From a bacterium (GTDB lineage Bacteria; Calescibacteriota; Calescibacteriia; Calescibacteriales; Calescibacteriaceae): a stretch of DNA of 58,856 nt. The DNA lies in assembly GCA_030550715.1 (NCBI GenBank), contig JAUQOU010000008.1, positions 1 to 58,856 on the forward strand, in the 5' to 3' direction. Of this stretch, positions 20,304 through 30,241 are shown one piece after another (positions within the stretch are counted from its first letter, which is position 1; each line of letters opens with the position of its first letter). The position numbers and the translations under genes were made by a program. Below the pieces are notes generated by a model. That model made no database searches. It had not been told where the DNA came from and saw only the letters and a list, made by a program, of their open reading frames with translations.

Positions 20304-21501
20304 CCTCCCCCGCGAGAATTTTCAATCTATAATAATTTTGGATATATTGATAGCGAGCTTGCAAAAAAGCGTTCATAAAACTTCTGTGAGTACGCAAAGT
20401 ATCAAGAAAATCAAGTGTTGAAATGCCACCCAAAAGATAAGCTTTTTTTGTCCTTTCCAGAAGATCGTCCATAACACTTTTTCTTTCAAGGTAAGATTGA
20501 AAAATCTGCTTGCTCGCTTCGTAATCTTCAAAAGCCACAGAAATTTCTTTCCTTATACTTGCTTCCTCTCTTTTCAGAGATATAAGGAGTTGTTCTTTCG
20601 TAGCAAGAGCTGTTATAAGGTCACCCTGTCTCGCATTAAAAACGGGAAGCAAAAGAGAAAGTCCAAAACCTATACCCGGCTTATACTCAACACCGAAGGA
20701 GTCATACTCTAATCCCACGGAAATATCTGGAATTCTGTAAGCTCTTATAAGTTTGACCTGATAATCCAACGATTTGATCTGCTCCTGAATAGCTTTAACG
20801 CTTTCACGTCTTTGCATAGATTTCTCTATAAGTTCCTCAAGTTTCACTTCTCGTGGAACCTCCTCAACATCTGCTGGATGATATTCACCTCCACCTAAGT
20901 AAAAGTTAAACTCTTCAAGATCTCTTTTATAGGTAGCAGAAGCTTGGGTAAGAACCTTTTTAAGTTCAAGTTCGTAAAGCTGTAGCTTCAAAAAATCTAT
21001 AAGGCTGATAAGTCCAGATTTCTGCTTCTGCTCTTGTATTGCTAATATTTTCCCAAAGTCCTCAAGGTCTTTTCGTATGTAGTCAAGATAAGCCCTATCG
21101 GCAAGGGCTTGAAAATAAGCATAAATAAGTCCCAAACTCAAAAATCTTATAAAGCTCCCTTTCAGATACTCCGTGGTTCTCAATTGATACAACGCAGATA
21201 ATTTTCTTATCCTCCTTTTATTTCCAAGCTCTATGGGTTGGTCCATTCTCACCGAAAACAGTGTATTAGAATGGTCATAAATTATGTGTTTCCCCCCGAA
21301 AGTAAGCCCCGTATAATTTACAGAAATAATAGGATTTTGGAAAAGTCCGGACTGAATATATTCTCCCTCACTCTTTTTTACCTCATACTCAAACATTTTT
21401 GCATCATAGTTTTTTTCTTTAAGGAGTTTCAGAGCGTCTTTCAATCCTATCTCTTTACCCAAAGGCAAAACGACGATAATAGGGATTAAAAAAAAATCCA
21501 T
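20287..21501 (-). CDS. czcC: TolC-family outer membrane efflux protein
   Basis: NP.IS, QPIELGNKR, LPVFNARQG and AYLLG.IS.LDFLD motifs; first gene of the CBA operon. Confidence 0.88.
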   Translation of the reverse strand: MDFFLIPIIVVLPLGKEIGLKDALKLLKEKNYDAKMFEYEVKKSEGEYIQSGLFQNPIISVNYTGLTFGGKHIIYDHSNTLFSVRMDQPIELGNKRRIRKLSALYQLRTTEYLKGSFIRFLSLGLIYAYFQALADRAYLDYIRKDLEDFGKILAIQEQKQKSGLISLIDFLKLQLYELELKKVLTQASATYKRDLEEFNFYLGGGEYHPADVEEVPREVKLEELIEKSMQRRESVKAIQEQIKSLDYQVKLIRAYRIPDISVGLEYDSFGVEYKPGIGFGLSLLLPVFNARQGDLITALATKEQLLISLKREEASIRKEISVAFEDYEASKQIFQSYLERKSVMDDLLERTKKAYLLGGISTLDFLDTLRTHRSFMNAFLQARYQYIQNYYRLKILAGEDDYEN

Positions 21502-21710
21502 ATACTATCTCTTTTAATTTACCAAAATGAAACAGGATATTTTTCAAAATCTTTTCGGAAAACTTGAAAAAAGAAAAAAATCGGTCCAAAAAATAATTGA
21601 AAAATAAAAATTTCAGAAGGGAATAAACCCGAAATTATCAAAAAGAGAGATTATCAAAAAATCAAAAAAATAAACTAAAAAGTAAAGCAAAAGCATAAAC
21701 TCTTAACTTT

Positions 21711-24419
21711 ATGATAAACCTGCTCTCAACTTTCCTAATTTTGATGAAAAGCTTTGCGCTTGACTTTGAATCAGAAAAAGTCCTGACAACAAGAGTAAAA
21801 GACATAAAAATATATTACGAAGAAGCGCTCTCACCAGTTATACCTTATATTTACGAAAATCTAAAATCTGCGATTGAATCCGCAGAAGAAAAGTTCGGGA
21901 AAGAGAGAATAAATTTCAAACTTGTTATATCGTTCAAAGAAGATGAGTTCTCAGCAGAAAGGTTCTTCACACCTTCGCCCATAATATACATAAACTATGG
22001 CGGAACAAGAATTGATAAAGACCCCTTTTCAATCTCGCTCGCTTCAAAAATAAAAAAATCTGTTTTTATGTCCGCAGTAGGAGATATACCACATTCCCTT
22101 CCAAAATACCTAAGAGTTATTCAGGGGGACTTTTTTCTCTCACCTGAAATCGTCTCTGCATTCGGAGAATACGGAATTATTGACCAGAACTTTTACCAAT
22201 ACCCTTTTTTCGGCTCAAAATTAGCTCAAACCATAAAATTTATTGAGCTAAAATACGGACAAAAAGAAGTAAACGACATATTTTTAGAAGGCAAAATTTT
22301 TCCTAACTCGATGAAAAATTATGAAAAAGAGTTCAGAGAATGGAAGAGGAAGAGAATTGAAGAGATAAGGAAAGCAAAGTCCGCATTCGGAATCAAAATA
22401 GCAAATCCCGAAAATGTGTTTGATTTCCCTTCAATAGGAGTAGTTCTCTTCCCACCTGATGAGATTATAACAACAAAAATGAACGGTGAGATATTCTCTT
22501 CAAAAAAAGGTGTTATATTCAAAAGGAACGGAGGATACATTCTCAACGGGAGAAAAAACATCATAGTTTTTGATTCAAAAGATAAAGACGGATTTTTCAA
22601 AACGTTCATCATAGACGAAAAAGGAAAGATTCACAAATTAGAAGAAAAAAGAGCGTGGTATCCAGATATATATCTTTCAGAAGATGGCAAAAACGGAAAA
22701 ATCTTCTTCGTGAAGAAAAATTTAACTTATGATGAGTTATGCTTTGTAGAGTTTCAAAGAAAAGAAGACGATTTCTCTTTTGGAGAGAAAATATGCCCCT
22801 TGAAATCAGAAGCGGCAGAGGAGTTTTTAACACCATCTGTATCAGAAGATGGAAGGTTTGTTGCTTTTTCTGTCATAAGAAGAAACGGTTTCTGCGATAT
22901 AGTAGTTCTTGACACTTTCTCAAATTCTGTAAGCGGTATAACACAAGATGAGGAACCAGACCTCTTCCCTTCGTGGTATGAAGGAAAACTGATATTTTCA
23001 TCGTTCAGAGAAGGAAAATTCAGCATATACTCGTTTGACGGTAAAGAATTTTCAAAAATACTCGAAGGAGAAGAAAACATACTTCTTGGAAAAATCAAAG
23101 ATAACGAAATTTATTCTGTATTTCAGGAAGATGGAGAGTTTTTCATCTCAAAAAACAAGATTGAAACAAACGAAAAAGCAGACATCAAAAGAAGGTCGCT
23201 TGTTTTATTTTCACCATCTTCACCCGACTCAGAAAAAGAAGGTATAAAATTTGAAAGGTTCGGAATACATCAGCCGAAAATCTTTTTTTCAAGCACAGGG
23301 TTTCTTCTGGGAAGTTTCAATTTGTTTTTATCTGACTCAATCTTTACAAACCCTCTTTATCTTCAAATAAATATAAGGACAAATATTTTCAGGTCGCCAG
23401 ATTCTATACCTTTTGGTTCAGAACCCCCAAATATTTACTTTCAAGACAGAGGCAACTTTTTCGGGCTTTCTCTCTACACCTTTATAAGAAAATTTCAACC
23501 AAATTTATTTTTCAGGGTATCTTACAACCCATCTGGTATATTCATACGGAGGGTCTCTGAAAACTCAAATAACGAATACGAGTTCGTTCCCGAAAATATT
23601 TTTTCATCTCAACTTATTTTCTTCTATAAAATCGGCAAGGCGGTTTTGCTTTTTGGAGGAGAAGGAGGTGATATAAGCGGGAAAATTCCTGAAATAAAAT
23701 CAGCTTTTTGGGATTCTGTAAGAGATGAGTACAGGAAGTTCGGTTCGGGGAGCTTTTTTAATCTTGAAGCCGGAGGAGTTGTGAGAACCGCAAGAAGAAC
23801 CTTTGCACTTGAAGATGGAGCAGACCTGAAAATATTTTTCGGATTATCTAAATTCTTCAACACCCCATCAATATCTCCTTTTTCTGAGTTTTCTTTTTCT
23901 CTTTTTTCTCCGAGGTTCAGGTTTTTCGTTCTTTCCACAAACATAAACGGGTTTTTCGGACCAAATCTCAAAACACGAGCTATGGAAACACTAGGCTCAA
24001 AAGATATACCTTACTACTTTGACCCCCCTTATAATCTCAGCCCGCTTTTGAAGTTCGGACTCTACCAGTTCCTACCGGAAGACCTCAAATACGATATAGG
24101 AGTAATAAGAGGAGTAAGGGTAAGGAAAGGACAATTTTTTACTGTATTAAACCTTTACCCTGTGATAAACATTCTTTACAAAGAAGCTGTGAATTCGGTT
24201 ATATCTATAAACTCTCTAAATGTTATACCATTTTCATCTTTTGGGATTTTAAAAGATATACTTGGAAAGTACGGAAGCTTCATAAGTTTCGGCTCTGAAA
24301 TTGAGATAAACTCTGTCTTATTCTTCTCTATTCCGACCACATTCAAATTTGGATTTGCAAATGGAGAAGTTAAAGAGTTTTACTTTCTTATCTTCATCAC
24401 TCCGGGAACTACAAGATAG
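21711..24419 (+). CDS. Exported protein with TolB/PD40-like propeller and predicted C-terminal beta-barrel
   Basis: Signal-like N-terminus; PSVSEDGRFVAFS and DLFPSW...LIFSS repeats; aromatic alternating C-terminal strands (SFGSEIEI...FKFGFA). Confidence 0.65.
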   Translation: MINLLSTFLILMKSFALDFESEKVLTTRVKDIKIYYEEALSPVIPYIYENLKSAIESAEEKFGKERINFKLVISFKEDEFSAERFFTPSPIIYINYGGTRIDKDPFSISLASKIKKSVFMSAVGDIPHSLPKYLRVIQGDFFLSPEIVSAFGEYGIIDQNFYQYPFFGSKLAQTIKFIELKYGQKEVNDIFLEGKIFPNSMKNYEKEFREWKRKRIEEIRKAKSAFGIKIANPENVFDFPSIGVVLFPPDEIITTKMNGEIFSSKKGVIFKRNGGYILNGRKNIIVFDSKDKDGFFKTFIIDEKGKIHKLEEKRAWYPDIYLSEDGKNGKIFFVKKNLTYDELCFVEFQRKEDDFSFGEKICPLKSEAAEEFLTPSVSEDGRFVAFSVIRRNGFCDIVVLDTFSNSVSGITQDEEPDLFPSWYEGKLIFSSFREGKFSIYSFDGKEFSKILEGEENILLGKIKDNEIYSVFQEDGEFFISKNKIETNEKADIKRRSLVLFSPSSPDSEKEGIKFERFGIHQPKIFFSSTGFLLGSFNLFLSDSIFTNPLYLQINIRTNIFRSPDSIPFGSEPPNIYFQDRGNFFGLSLYTFIRKFQPNLFFRVSYNPSGIFIRRVSENSNNEYEFVPENIFSSQLIFFYKIGKAVLLFGGEGGDISGKIPEIKSAFWDSVRDEYRKFGSGSFFNLEAGGVVRTARRTFALEDGADLKIFFGLSKFFNTPSISPFSEFSFSLFSPRFRFFVLSTNINGFFGPNLKTRAMETLGSKDIPYYFDPPYNLSPLLKFGLYQFLPEDLKYDIGVIRGVRVRKGQFFTVLNLYPVINILYKEAVNSVISINSLNVIPFSSFGILKDILGKYGSFISFGSEIEINSVLFFSIPTTFKFGFANGEVKEFYFLIFITPGTTR

Positions 24420-24524
24420 GAGCCCAAATCCAAGATAAGTAAAAAGTAAAAAGTGATACAAAAATTACGAAAAAATGCTTTTAATGACTAAATTATTTTA
24501 ATACTGCTACAAAGAACGGGGATT

Positions 24525-26213
24525 ATGAAACGGGGTGAAAACATCGCAAGAGAAAAAATCGCAAGAGAGAAAGAGAAAACAAAAAACTCCGAAATATCTA
24601 AATCAGAAAAAACAGAACCAAATGGAAAAGCTACAAAAGAAGAGAACTTAAACTGGGAAAACAGCAGAGAATTGAAAATTTTCATTTCAGAAAAAATTTC
24701 AAAAAAAAACAGAGAAAAAATTTTGAACGAGCTTTCAAATTCTTTCTCAATACACGAAACAAAAACAATAGACGGTTCAGATATAGCCATACTATCTGAA
24801 AAAGAAATTGACAGAGCAAAAGAGAACATATTATCAATCCTCTTTGTCAGCAGAAAAACCGGAAAAATTAATCCAGAACTGACAGAAAAAGGTATATCAG
24901 ATGTTATTACTTCAAGAGATATTCAGAAGAAATTATCGTTTTCTATAAAATCTCTATTAAAATTTTTGAAAAAACAAAATTCAATATCAGAAGGTAGAAT
25001 AGATACTTTACTCAAAGTAGAAGAAGAGATTGAAAAAAATAGAAACTCAACATATATACTTCTTGCAATACAAATCTGCAATTTTGATTCAATAGTGATT
25101 CTCTTTGGAGAGATGATATCTCAAAAGCTTTCAAACTATATAGAAAAAATACTGAAAGAGATTGAAGGAGAAAAACTAATAGGAAAAATCTCTGAAAGAA
25201 AATTTATATTACTCAAAAAAACAGAAAAGCAAGATTATGAGTCAGCTTTGAAGGAAGCCGAATCACTGGCAAAAAGAATAATAAAAAGTTTTGAAAACAT
25301 TCAGAAAGTTTATGAAAAGGAAACCAATATCCCCTTAAACATAGGAGTAGCAATATACCCTTACGATAATGATAAGACGGAAGAACTCGTTCATCTTGCA
25401 GAAGAACTGATAATGAAAGATACGAGCGAGTCAAAGATAAGCTTTGTATCAGATGAGATGAAAAACAGAAAATATATAAAGGTTAAGATTTTGAATCAGC
25501 TATTGCGTGCCATAGAAGAAAAAAGATTACTTTTTGCATTCCAGCCAGTTTACGAAGCAAAAACGATGAAGCTAAAAATGATTGAAGTCCTCCTCAGATG
25601 GAAAGGAGAAGAAATAAACCCAGAAGATATTCTTGAAGCAACATATATATCTGGACTTGAGAAAAAATTAATAGAATACATGTTCGTAAACTTATGCGAG
25701 ATCTTACAGAAGATAAAAAAAAGATATGATTTTTCAGTAAATCTTCACATGAGAAACCTCACAAAAGGGGTGGTATACAAAATTATGAACATAATTTCAT
25801 ACTACGGAGTTCCACCTACGAATATATGTATTGAGATAAGTGAAAAGAGCAAGCCAGATGAAATAATTGAAAACAAGCAAAATCTCCTTATGCTCAAAAA
25901 CACTGGAATGAAAATAGCTATTGATGACTTTGGTTCAAAAGAAAGCTCTATATTCCAAATACGAGAAATACCAGCAGATATAGTGAAGGTAGATAGAGAA
26001 ATCGTAAAACTTCTAACATCTGATGAAGAGGAAAAAAGAAAATTTGCTGAATGTATATTTCTTATGCTGAAAGGTACAGGGAAAAAAATAGTGGTAGAAG
26101 GTATTGAGACAGAAGAAGAGCTTAAAGAATCAATAAGGTTAGGAGCAGATTTCGTTCAGGGGTTTTTACTTTCTCACCCTATCGGAGAGGAAGAGCTACT
26201 TTCTATGATATAA
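24525..26213 (+). CDS. Degenerate-GGDEF / EAL c-di-GMP phosphodiesterase
   Basis: FQP, EVLLRW, SVNL, EISE, IDDFGS, VEGIET and QGF motifs; GGDEF position reads ISERKF. Confidence 0.88.
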   Translation: MKRGENIAREKIAREKEKTKNSEISKSEKTEPNGKATKEENLNWENSRELKIFISEKISKKNREKILNELSNSFSIHETKTIDGSDIAILSEKEIDRAKENILSILFVSRKTGKINPELTEKGISDVITSRDIQKKLSFSIKSLLKFLKKQNSISEGRIDTLLKVEEEIEKNRNSTYILLAIQICNFDSIVILFGEMISQKLSNYIEKILKEIEGEKLIGKISERKFILLKKTEKQDYESALKEAESLAKRIIKSFENIQKVYEKETNIPLNIGVAIYPYDNDKTEELVHLAEELIMKDTSESKISFVSDEMKNRKYIKVKILNQLLRAIEEKRLLFAFQPVYEAKTMKLKMIEVLLRWKGEEINPEDILEATYISGLEKKLIEYMFVNLCEILQKIKKRYDFSVNLHMRNLTKGVVYKIMNIISYYGVPPTNICIEISEKSKPDEIIENKQNLLMLKNTGMKIAIDDFGSKESSIFQIREIPADIVKVDREIVKLLTSDEEEKRKFAECIFLMLKGTGKKIVVEGIETEEELKESIRLGADFVQGFLLSHPIGEEELLSMI

Positions 26214-26245
26214 GTTTTATTATATATTTGAGAGTTGATTCATTT

Positions 26246-27196
26246 TTATGGAGAAAGTATATCTCCGATTCTCATTCGCAGACCGTTTATGAAATCTCTG
26301 CCAGAAACTATGGAACGACCGGGTCTTTGAACTTTGCTGAGTCCGATCTGCCCTCCATCACCGCAGAGAACCCAAACTATATCTCCTTCGATATCAATAA
26401 TTTTTCCCGGTTCTCCCTCTGGAACCTTTTTGTTCTTGAAAAAAATCTCGTGAACTTTAATGGTCTCGCCTTTTATTTTTGTATATATTTTCGGCCAACG
26501 ACAGAAAGCTCTCATCTTACGCCATATATCCTGAGCGCTATCTTTGAAAGAAAAAAAACCATCTTCTTTTTTTATAGCTCTCGCCCAGCTTGCCCTTGAT
26601 TCATCTTGCACTGTCAAAGTAAAACTTCTATCTTCTACCATTTCTATCGCTCTACATACAAGTTCAGCCCCTAAACTAAAAAGCTTCTCTGAAAGATAAC
26701 AGAAATCCTCATCTCCCGAAAGCTTTATTTTCTCCTGAACCAGTATGTATCCTGAATCAACTTTTTTTTCAAGAGTGCATATTGTGCAACCTGCATATTC
26801 ATCACCGCTGAGTATAGTCCAATGCAAAGGGGCTGGACCCCTCCACCTTGGCAAAAGTGAAGGATGAACATTCAACCTCCTTTCAGAAGGTAAAAGAGAA
26901 AGAATGCTCTCCGGAATTATCTTGCCATAAGAAGCTACAATTAAAAAATCGGGAGAAAAACTCTCAATTTTAGTTTTCACAATGTCCCAATTTCCATCTT
27001 CAAAAAAAGGGAGTTTGTTCTCAACACAGAACTTTTTTACCTCATTCGGCAAAAGTTGAAGTCCTCTACCCTTAGGTTTATCAGGAGAAGTTATAACGAG
27101 AACAGAAAATCCTTCATATATGAGCTTTTTCAGAACAATCAAAGATAAATCTGAATTTCCAAAAAAAACCACTCTTTTTTTTCTTTCAGAACTCAT
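26246..27196 (-). CDS. fmt: Methionyl-tRNA formyltransferase
   Basis: PDKPKGRG, VASYGKII, NVHPSLLPRWRGPAP and VDSG motifs. Confidence 0.95.
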   Translation of the reverse strand: MSSERKKRVVFFGNSDLSLIVLKKLIYEGFSVLVITSPDKPKGRGLQLLPNEVKKFCVENKLPFFEDGNWDIVKTKIESFSPDFLIVASYGKIIPESILSLLPSERRLNVHPSLLPRWRGPAPLHWTILSGDEYAGCTICTLEKKVDSGYILVQEKIKLSGDEDFCYLSEKLFSLGAELVCRAIEMVEDRSFTLTVQDESRASWARAIKKEDGFFSFKDSAQDIWRKMRAFCRWPKIYTKIKGETIKVHEIFFKNKKVPEGEPGKIIDIEGDIVWVLCGDGGQIGLSKVQRPGRSIVSGRDFINGLRMRIGDILSP

Positions 27197-27223
27197 AAAC
27201 GAAAGTAAAAATCAAAGCATATA

Positions 27224-28183
27224 TTAACTGCGAATACTTTTGTAAGATGGGACTCCCCCGAGTGATTCAGCGTATTTTACAGCGTTCAAAATTGCTTTTT
27301 TTGCTAACCTGTAGAACTCACCGAAGACATCAAATAAACTCACTCCTGTTTTCACTCCACAGGATACCGCAAAAGATATATCTCCGTCAAAAGGAGTGTG
27401 AGCTGGCTTTACGGTATGTGAAACAGCAGAATTCAGAGCTTGGGCGAGAATCCAGAGCTCAGGAGCAGAAAAAACGACTTCTGTAAAACCCACAACAATA
27501 ACAGTAGATGAAGAAAAATACTCTTCTGGGTACTTCGGGGGATGGAAAAATCCTTCTTCAACAAAGTCAAAGAATCTTCCATCTTTTCTCACTCCTGCGA
27601 TTATCTTTCCATTTTCAATTATGTTTCCGAAGGCATTTACGACTGCGAAAACGGCGTTTTTTACATCAATCCCGCCGAAATTTCTTTCAGACCAGGCTAT
27701 GCCCAAACCTCCTTTTGTTGAGTTTGGGACACCAAAAAGTTTTCCGACCGTTGCTCCCGTTCCAGCTCCAACACTTCCCTGCTCGGTTTCATCTATTGTG
27801 TATGAGAGAGAAAAACAAGCTTTATAAATCTGTTCGGGGGAAGGGGGGACTGGATTTCCTATCGTCAGGTCAAATATACATGCAGATGGGACTCGTGGGA
27901 CTTTGAATTTTCCGAAGCCAAAACCGACACCTTTTTCTTTCAGGAACTCAACAACCCCGCTCGCTGAGTTCAACCCAAAAGCACTCCCCCCACTTAAAAA
28001 CAGAGCATCTACTCCAAAAGATATATGAGGATGAAGAAGGGAATCTATTTGTCGTGTTGTTTGCGCTCCTCCTCTTTTATCTGCTGAACACAAAAGTGGC
28101 TCATCAAAAACAAAAATCGTTGCACCTGTTATATTCTCCTTATCTGTAAAGTTAACAAACCTCACCTTTGGTATTGAAAGCAT
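27224..28183 (-). CDS. P1/DmpA family (S58) peptidase
   Basis: TGAT, RGGA, LSGGSAFGL, GSVGAGTGA, VVNAFG and PAHTPFDGD motifs. Confidence 0.9.
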   Translation of the reverse strand: MLSIPKVRFVNFTDKENITGATIFVFDEPLLCSADKRGGAQTTRQIDSLLHPHISFGVDALFLSGGSAFGLNSASGVVEFLKEKGVGFGFGKFKVPRVPSACIFDLTIGNPVPPSPEQIYKACFSLSYTIDETEQGSVGAGTGATVGKLFGVPNSTKGGLGIAWSERNFGGIDVKNAVFAVVNAFGNIIENGKIIAGVRKDGRFFDFVEEGFFHPPKYPEEYFSSSTVIVVGFTEVVFSAPELWILAQALNSAVSHTVKPAHTPFDGDISFAVSCGVKTGVSLFDVFGEFYRLAKKAILNAVKYAESLGGVPSYKSIRS

Positions 28184-28298
28184 AAGTTAATCTGAAGCAA
28201 AAAATATATCCACAACTCAAATCATTAAAAGATTATAAAAATAAAAAATTTTTACTTAATTTGACAAACTTTTTTAAAGGTTTTGCTTGCAGAAAAAA

Positions 28299-30209
28299 AT
28301 GACACCAACTCAAAAAAGTTTGATTTACATAGCTATATCTCTCGTATCTTTTCAGGTTTCAAGATTAATCCTCTTTATTCTTTACTTCAAAGACAAAAAT
28401 GTAAGCTTTCTCGTATTTTTTGATGGAATAAGGTTTGACTTTTTCGTCATCTCAACCTTTTGGTCGGTTCCCCTTGCTATCATAAACTTTCCTGTCTGGA
28501 AATCAGAAAGAGCGAATTTATATAAATCGGTATTTTTGATATGCTCTGCTTTCATGTATGTATCACTTATTATAATGCTTGCACTGAACTCATCTGACAT
28601 AGTATATTTCGGATACTCTGGAAAACACATCTCAACAGAAATACTTTCTATATCAGAAGATTTCGGATTTATCACTCACCTTATAATAAAACAATATCTC
28701 ATACACTTCGCTTTATTTCTGGCTTTCTCGCTTATTCTACTTTCTTTATGGATAAAAATCGCAAGAACTGATGTAAAATTTCCAGAAATTCACAAACAGC
28801 TCATAAACTTCATTTTACTTTCAGGAGCCATCTTAATAGGAATGAGAGGAACTCTATCAAGAAAACCAATCCATATTGTTGATGCATTCACAAAAGGAAG
28901 AGATTATGGGAATTTATCTTTAAACGGAGCATTCACGATTTACAGAACTCTTTACTCAAACCTGAAAAATTTGAAAAAAATCAGGACTTTAAATCTCATG
29001 CCAGAGAAAGAAGCCGTTGAAATTCTGGGATTAAAAGATAAAAATTATCCGTTCAAGAAAACTAATATCTGCAAAGATAAAAAAAGAGAAAATCTGAACA
29101 TCGTTGTTTTCATACTTGAAAGCTGGAACCCGGAGTTCATAGATAGTTTATCAGAAGAAAAGAGAAAATTGGGATTGACCCCAAACTTTGATAGAATAGC
29201 AGATCAGGGAATAGTATTTGAAAAAGCTTATTCAGCAGGCACAAGAAGTATATTCGGGATCCAAGCTATACTGACGGGAGTTCCAGTACTACCTCTACTT
29301 CCACCGATGGGATTTGGACTTGACAACATAAAATTTTCAGGTATAGGAGAAATTTTAAGAAGGAATGGGTATAAGACCATATTTGTTCAGAGTTCGCACA
29401 GACGCTCTTACAGATTGGACTCAATCGCAAAATCAAGCGGATTTGAATATGTTTTTGGAATGGAAGATGTTCAAGAAAAAATCGGAGTGTTTCTTGATTA
29501 TCCTGATCCAAAAGCTCCTCCCTTCGGCTGGGACTACGAAACCCTTATGTTCTTGAAAAAAGAAATAGATAGAGTTGGGGAGCCGTTTTCAGCGTTCGTT
29601 TTCACAGGAACAACACACCCGGATTTTCCTCCTCTTCCGGAAAGGTTTTTAAAATACCCACATTCTCCCAAGGAATTAGGAGGATACCTCAACACACTTT
29701 TTTATTCTGATTGGAGCATAGGAGAATTTATGAGGTCCGCGGAAAATTCAATCTGGTTCCCAAGAACGATTTTCATATTCACAGCAGACCACCCTGCTTA
29801 TGTGAGAGAAAACAGGTTTGATAAAATGTTTCATATTCCTTTTGTCATCTTCGCTCCGAAAATCTTCCCCCCAAAAAGAATAAAAAACATAGTCGTCTCA
29901 CACTATGATATTATCCCAACAATATTAGATGTTCTCTGTGTTGAATCAGAATATTCATCAATAGGGGAATCAGTTTTTTCAAAATCTGCTGATGACTTCG
30001 CGTTCGTGAGCAATGGAGAAATCATAGGAATAATATCTCCGGCAGGATATGTTGTTCATAACACAAAGCAAAGAATATCGGCTGAAAGATTTGAAGATTT
30101 GGAACCTGCTATGGCAGATAACTCATTTTTTGATACTCTTGAGAAAAAACTTTTAGCATTAACGCAACTTGAATTTACAGCTATACAGAAAAACAGATGG
30201 GCAGAATGA
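28299..30209 (+). CDS. LTA synthase / sulfatase-family membrane protein
   Basis: About five N-terminal TM helices, then NIVVFILESW, LTPNFD, TTH and IFTADH. Confidence 0.88.
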   Translation: MTPTQKSLIYIAISLVSFQVSRLILFILYFKDKNVSFLVFFDGIRFDFFVISTFWSVPLAIINFPVWKSERANLYKSVFLICSAFMYVSLIIMLALNSSDIVYFGYSGKHISTEILSISEDFGFITHLIIKQYLIHFALFLAFSLILLSLWIKIARTDVKFPEIHKQLINFILLSGAILIGMRGTLSRKPIHIVDAFTKGRDYGNLSLNGAFTIYRTLYSNLKNLKKIRTLNLMPEKEAVEILGLKDKNYPFKKTNICKDKKRENLNIVVFILESWNPEFIDSLSEEKRKLGLTPNFDRIADQGIVFEKAYSAGTRSIFGIQAILTGVPVLPLLPPMGFGLDNIKFSGIGEILRRNGYKTIFVQSSHRRSYRLDSIAKSSGFEYVFGMEDVQEKIGVFLDYPDPKAPPFGWDYETLMFLKKEIDRVGEPFSAFVFTGTTHPDFPPLPERFLKYPHSPKELGGYLNTLFYSDWSIGEFMRSAENSIWFPRTIFIFTADHPAYVRENRFDKMFHIPFVIFAPKIFPPKRIKNIVVSHYDIIPTILDVLCVESEYSSIGESVFSKSADDFAFVSNGEIIGIISPAGYVVHNTKQRISAERFEDLEPAMADNSFFDTLEKKLLALTQLEFTAIQKNRWAE

Positions 30210-30241
30210 AAAACTTGAATTTTTTATTATTGTATATAAAG

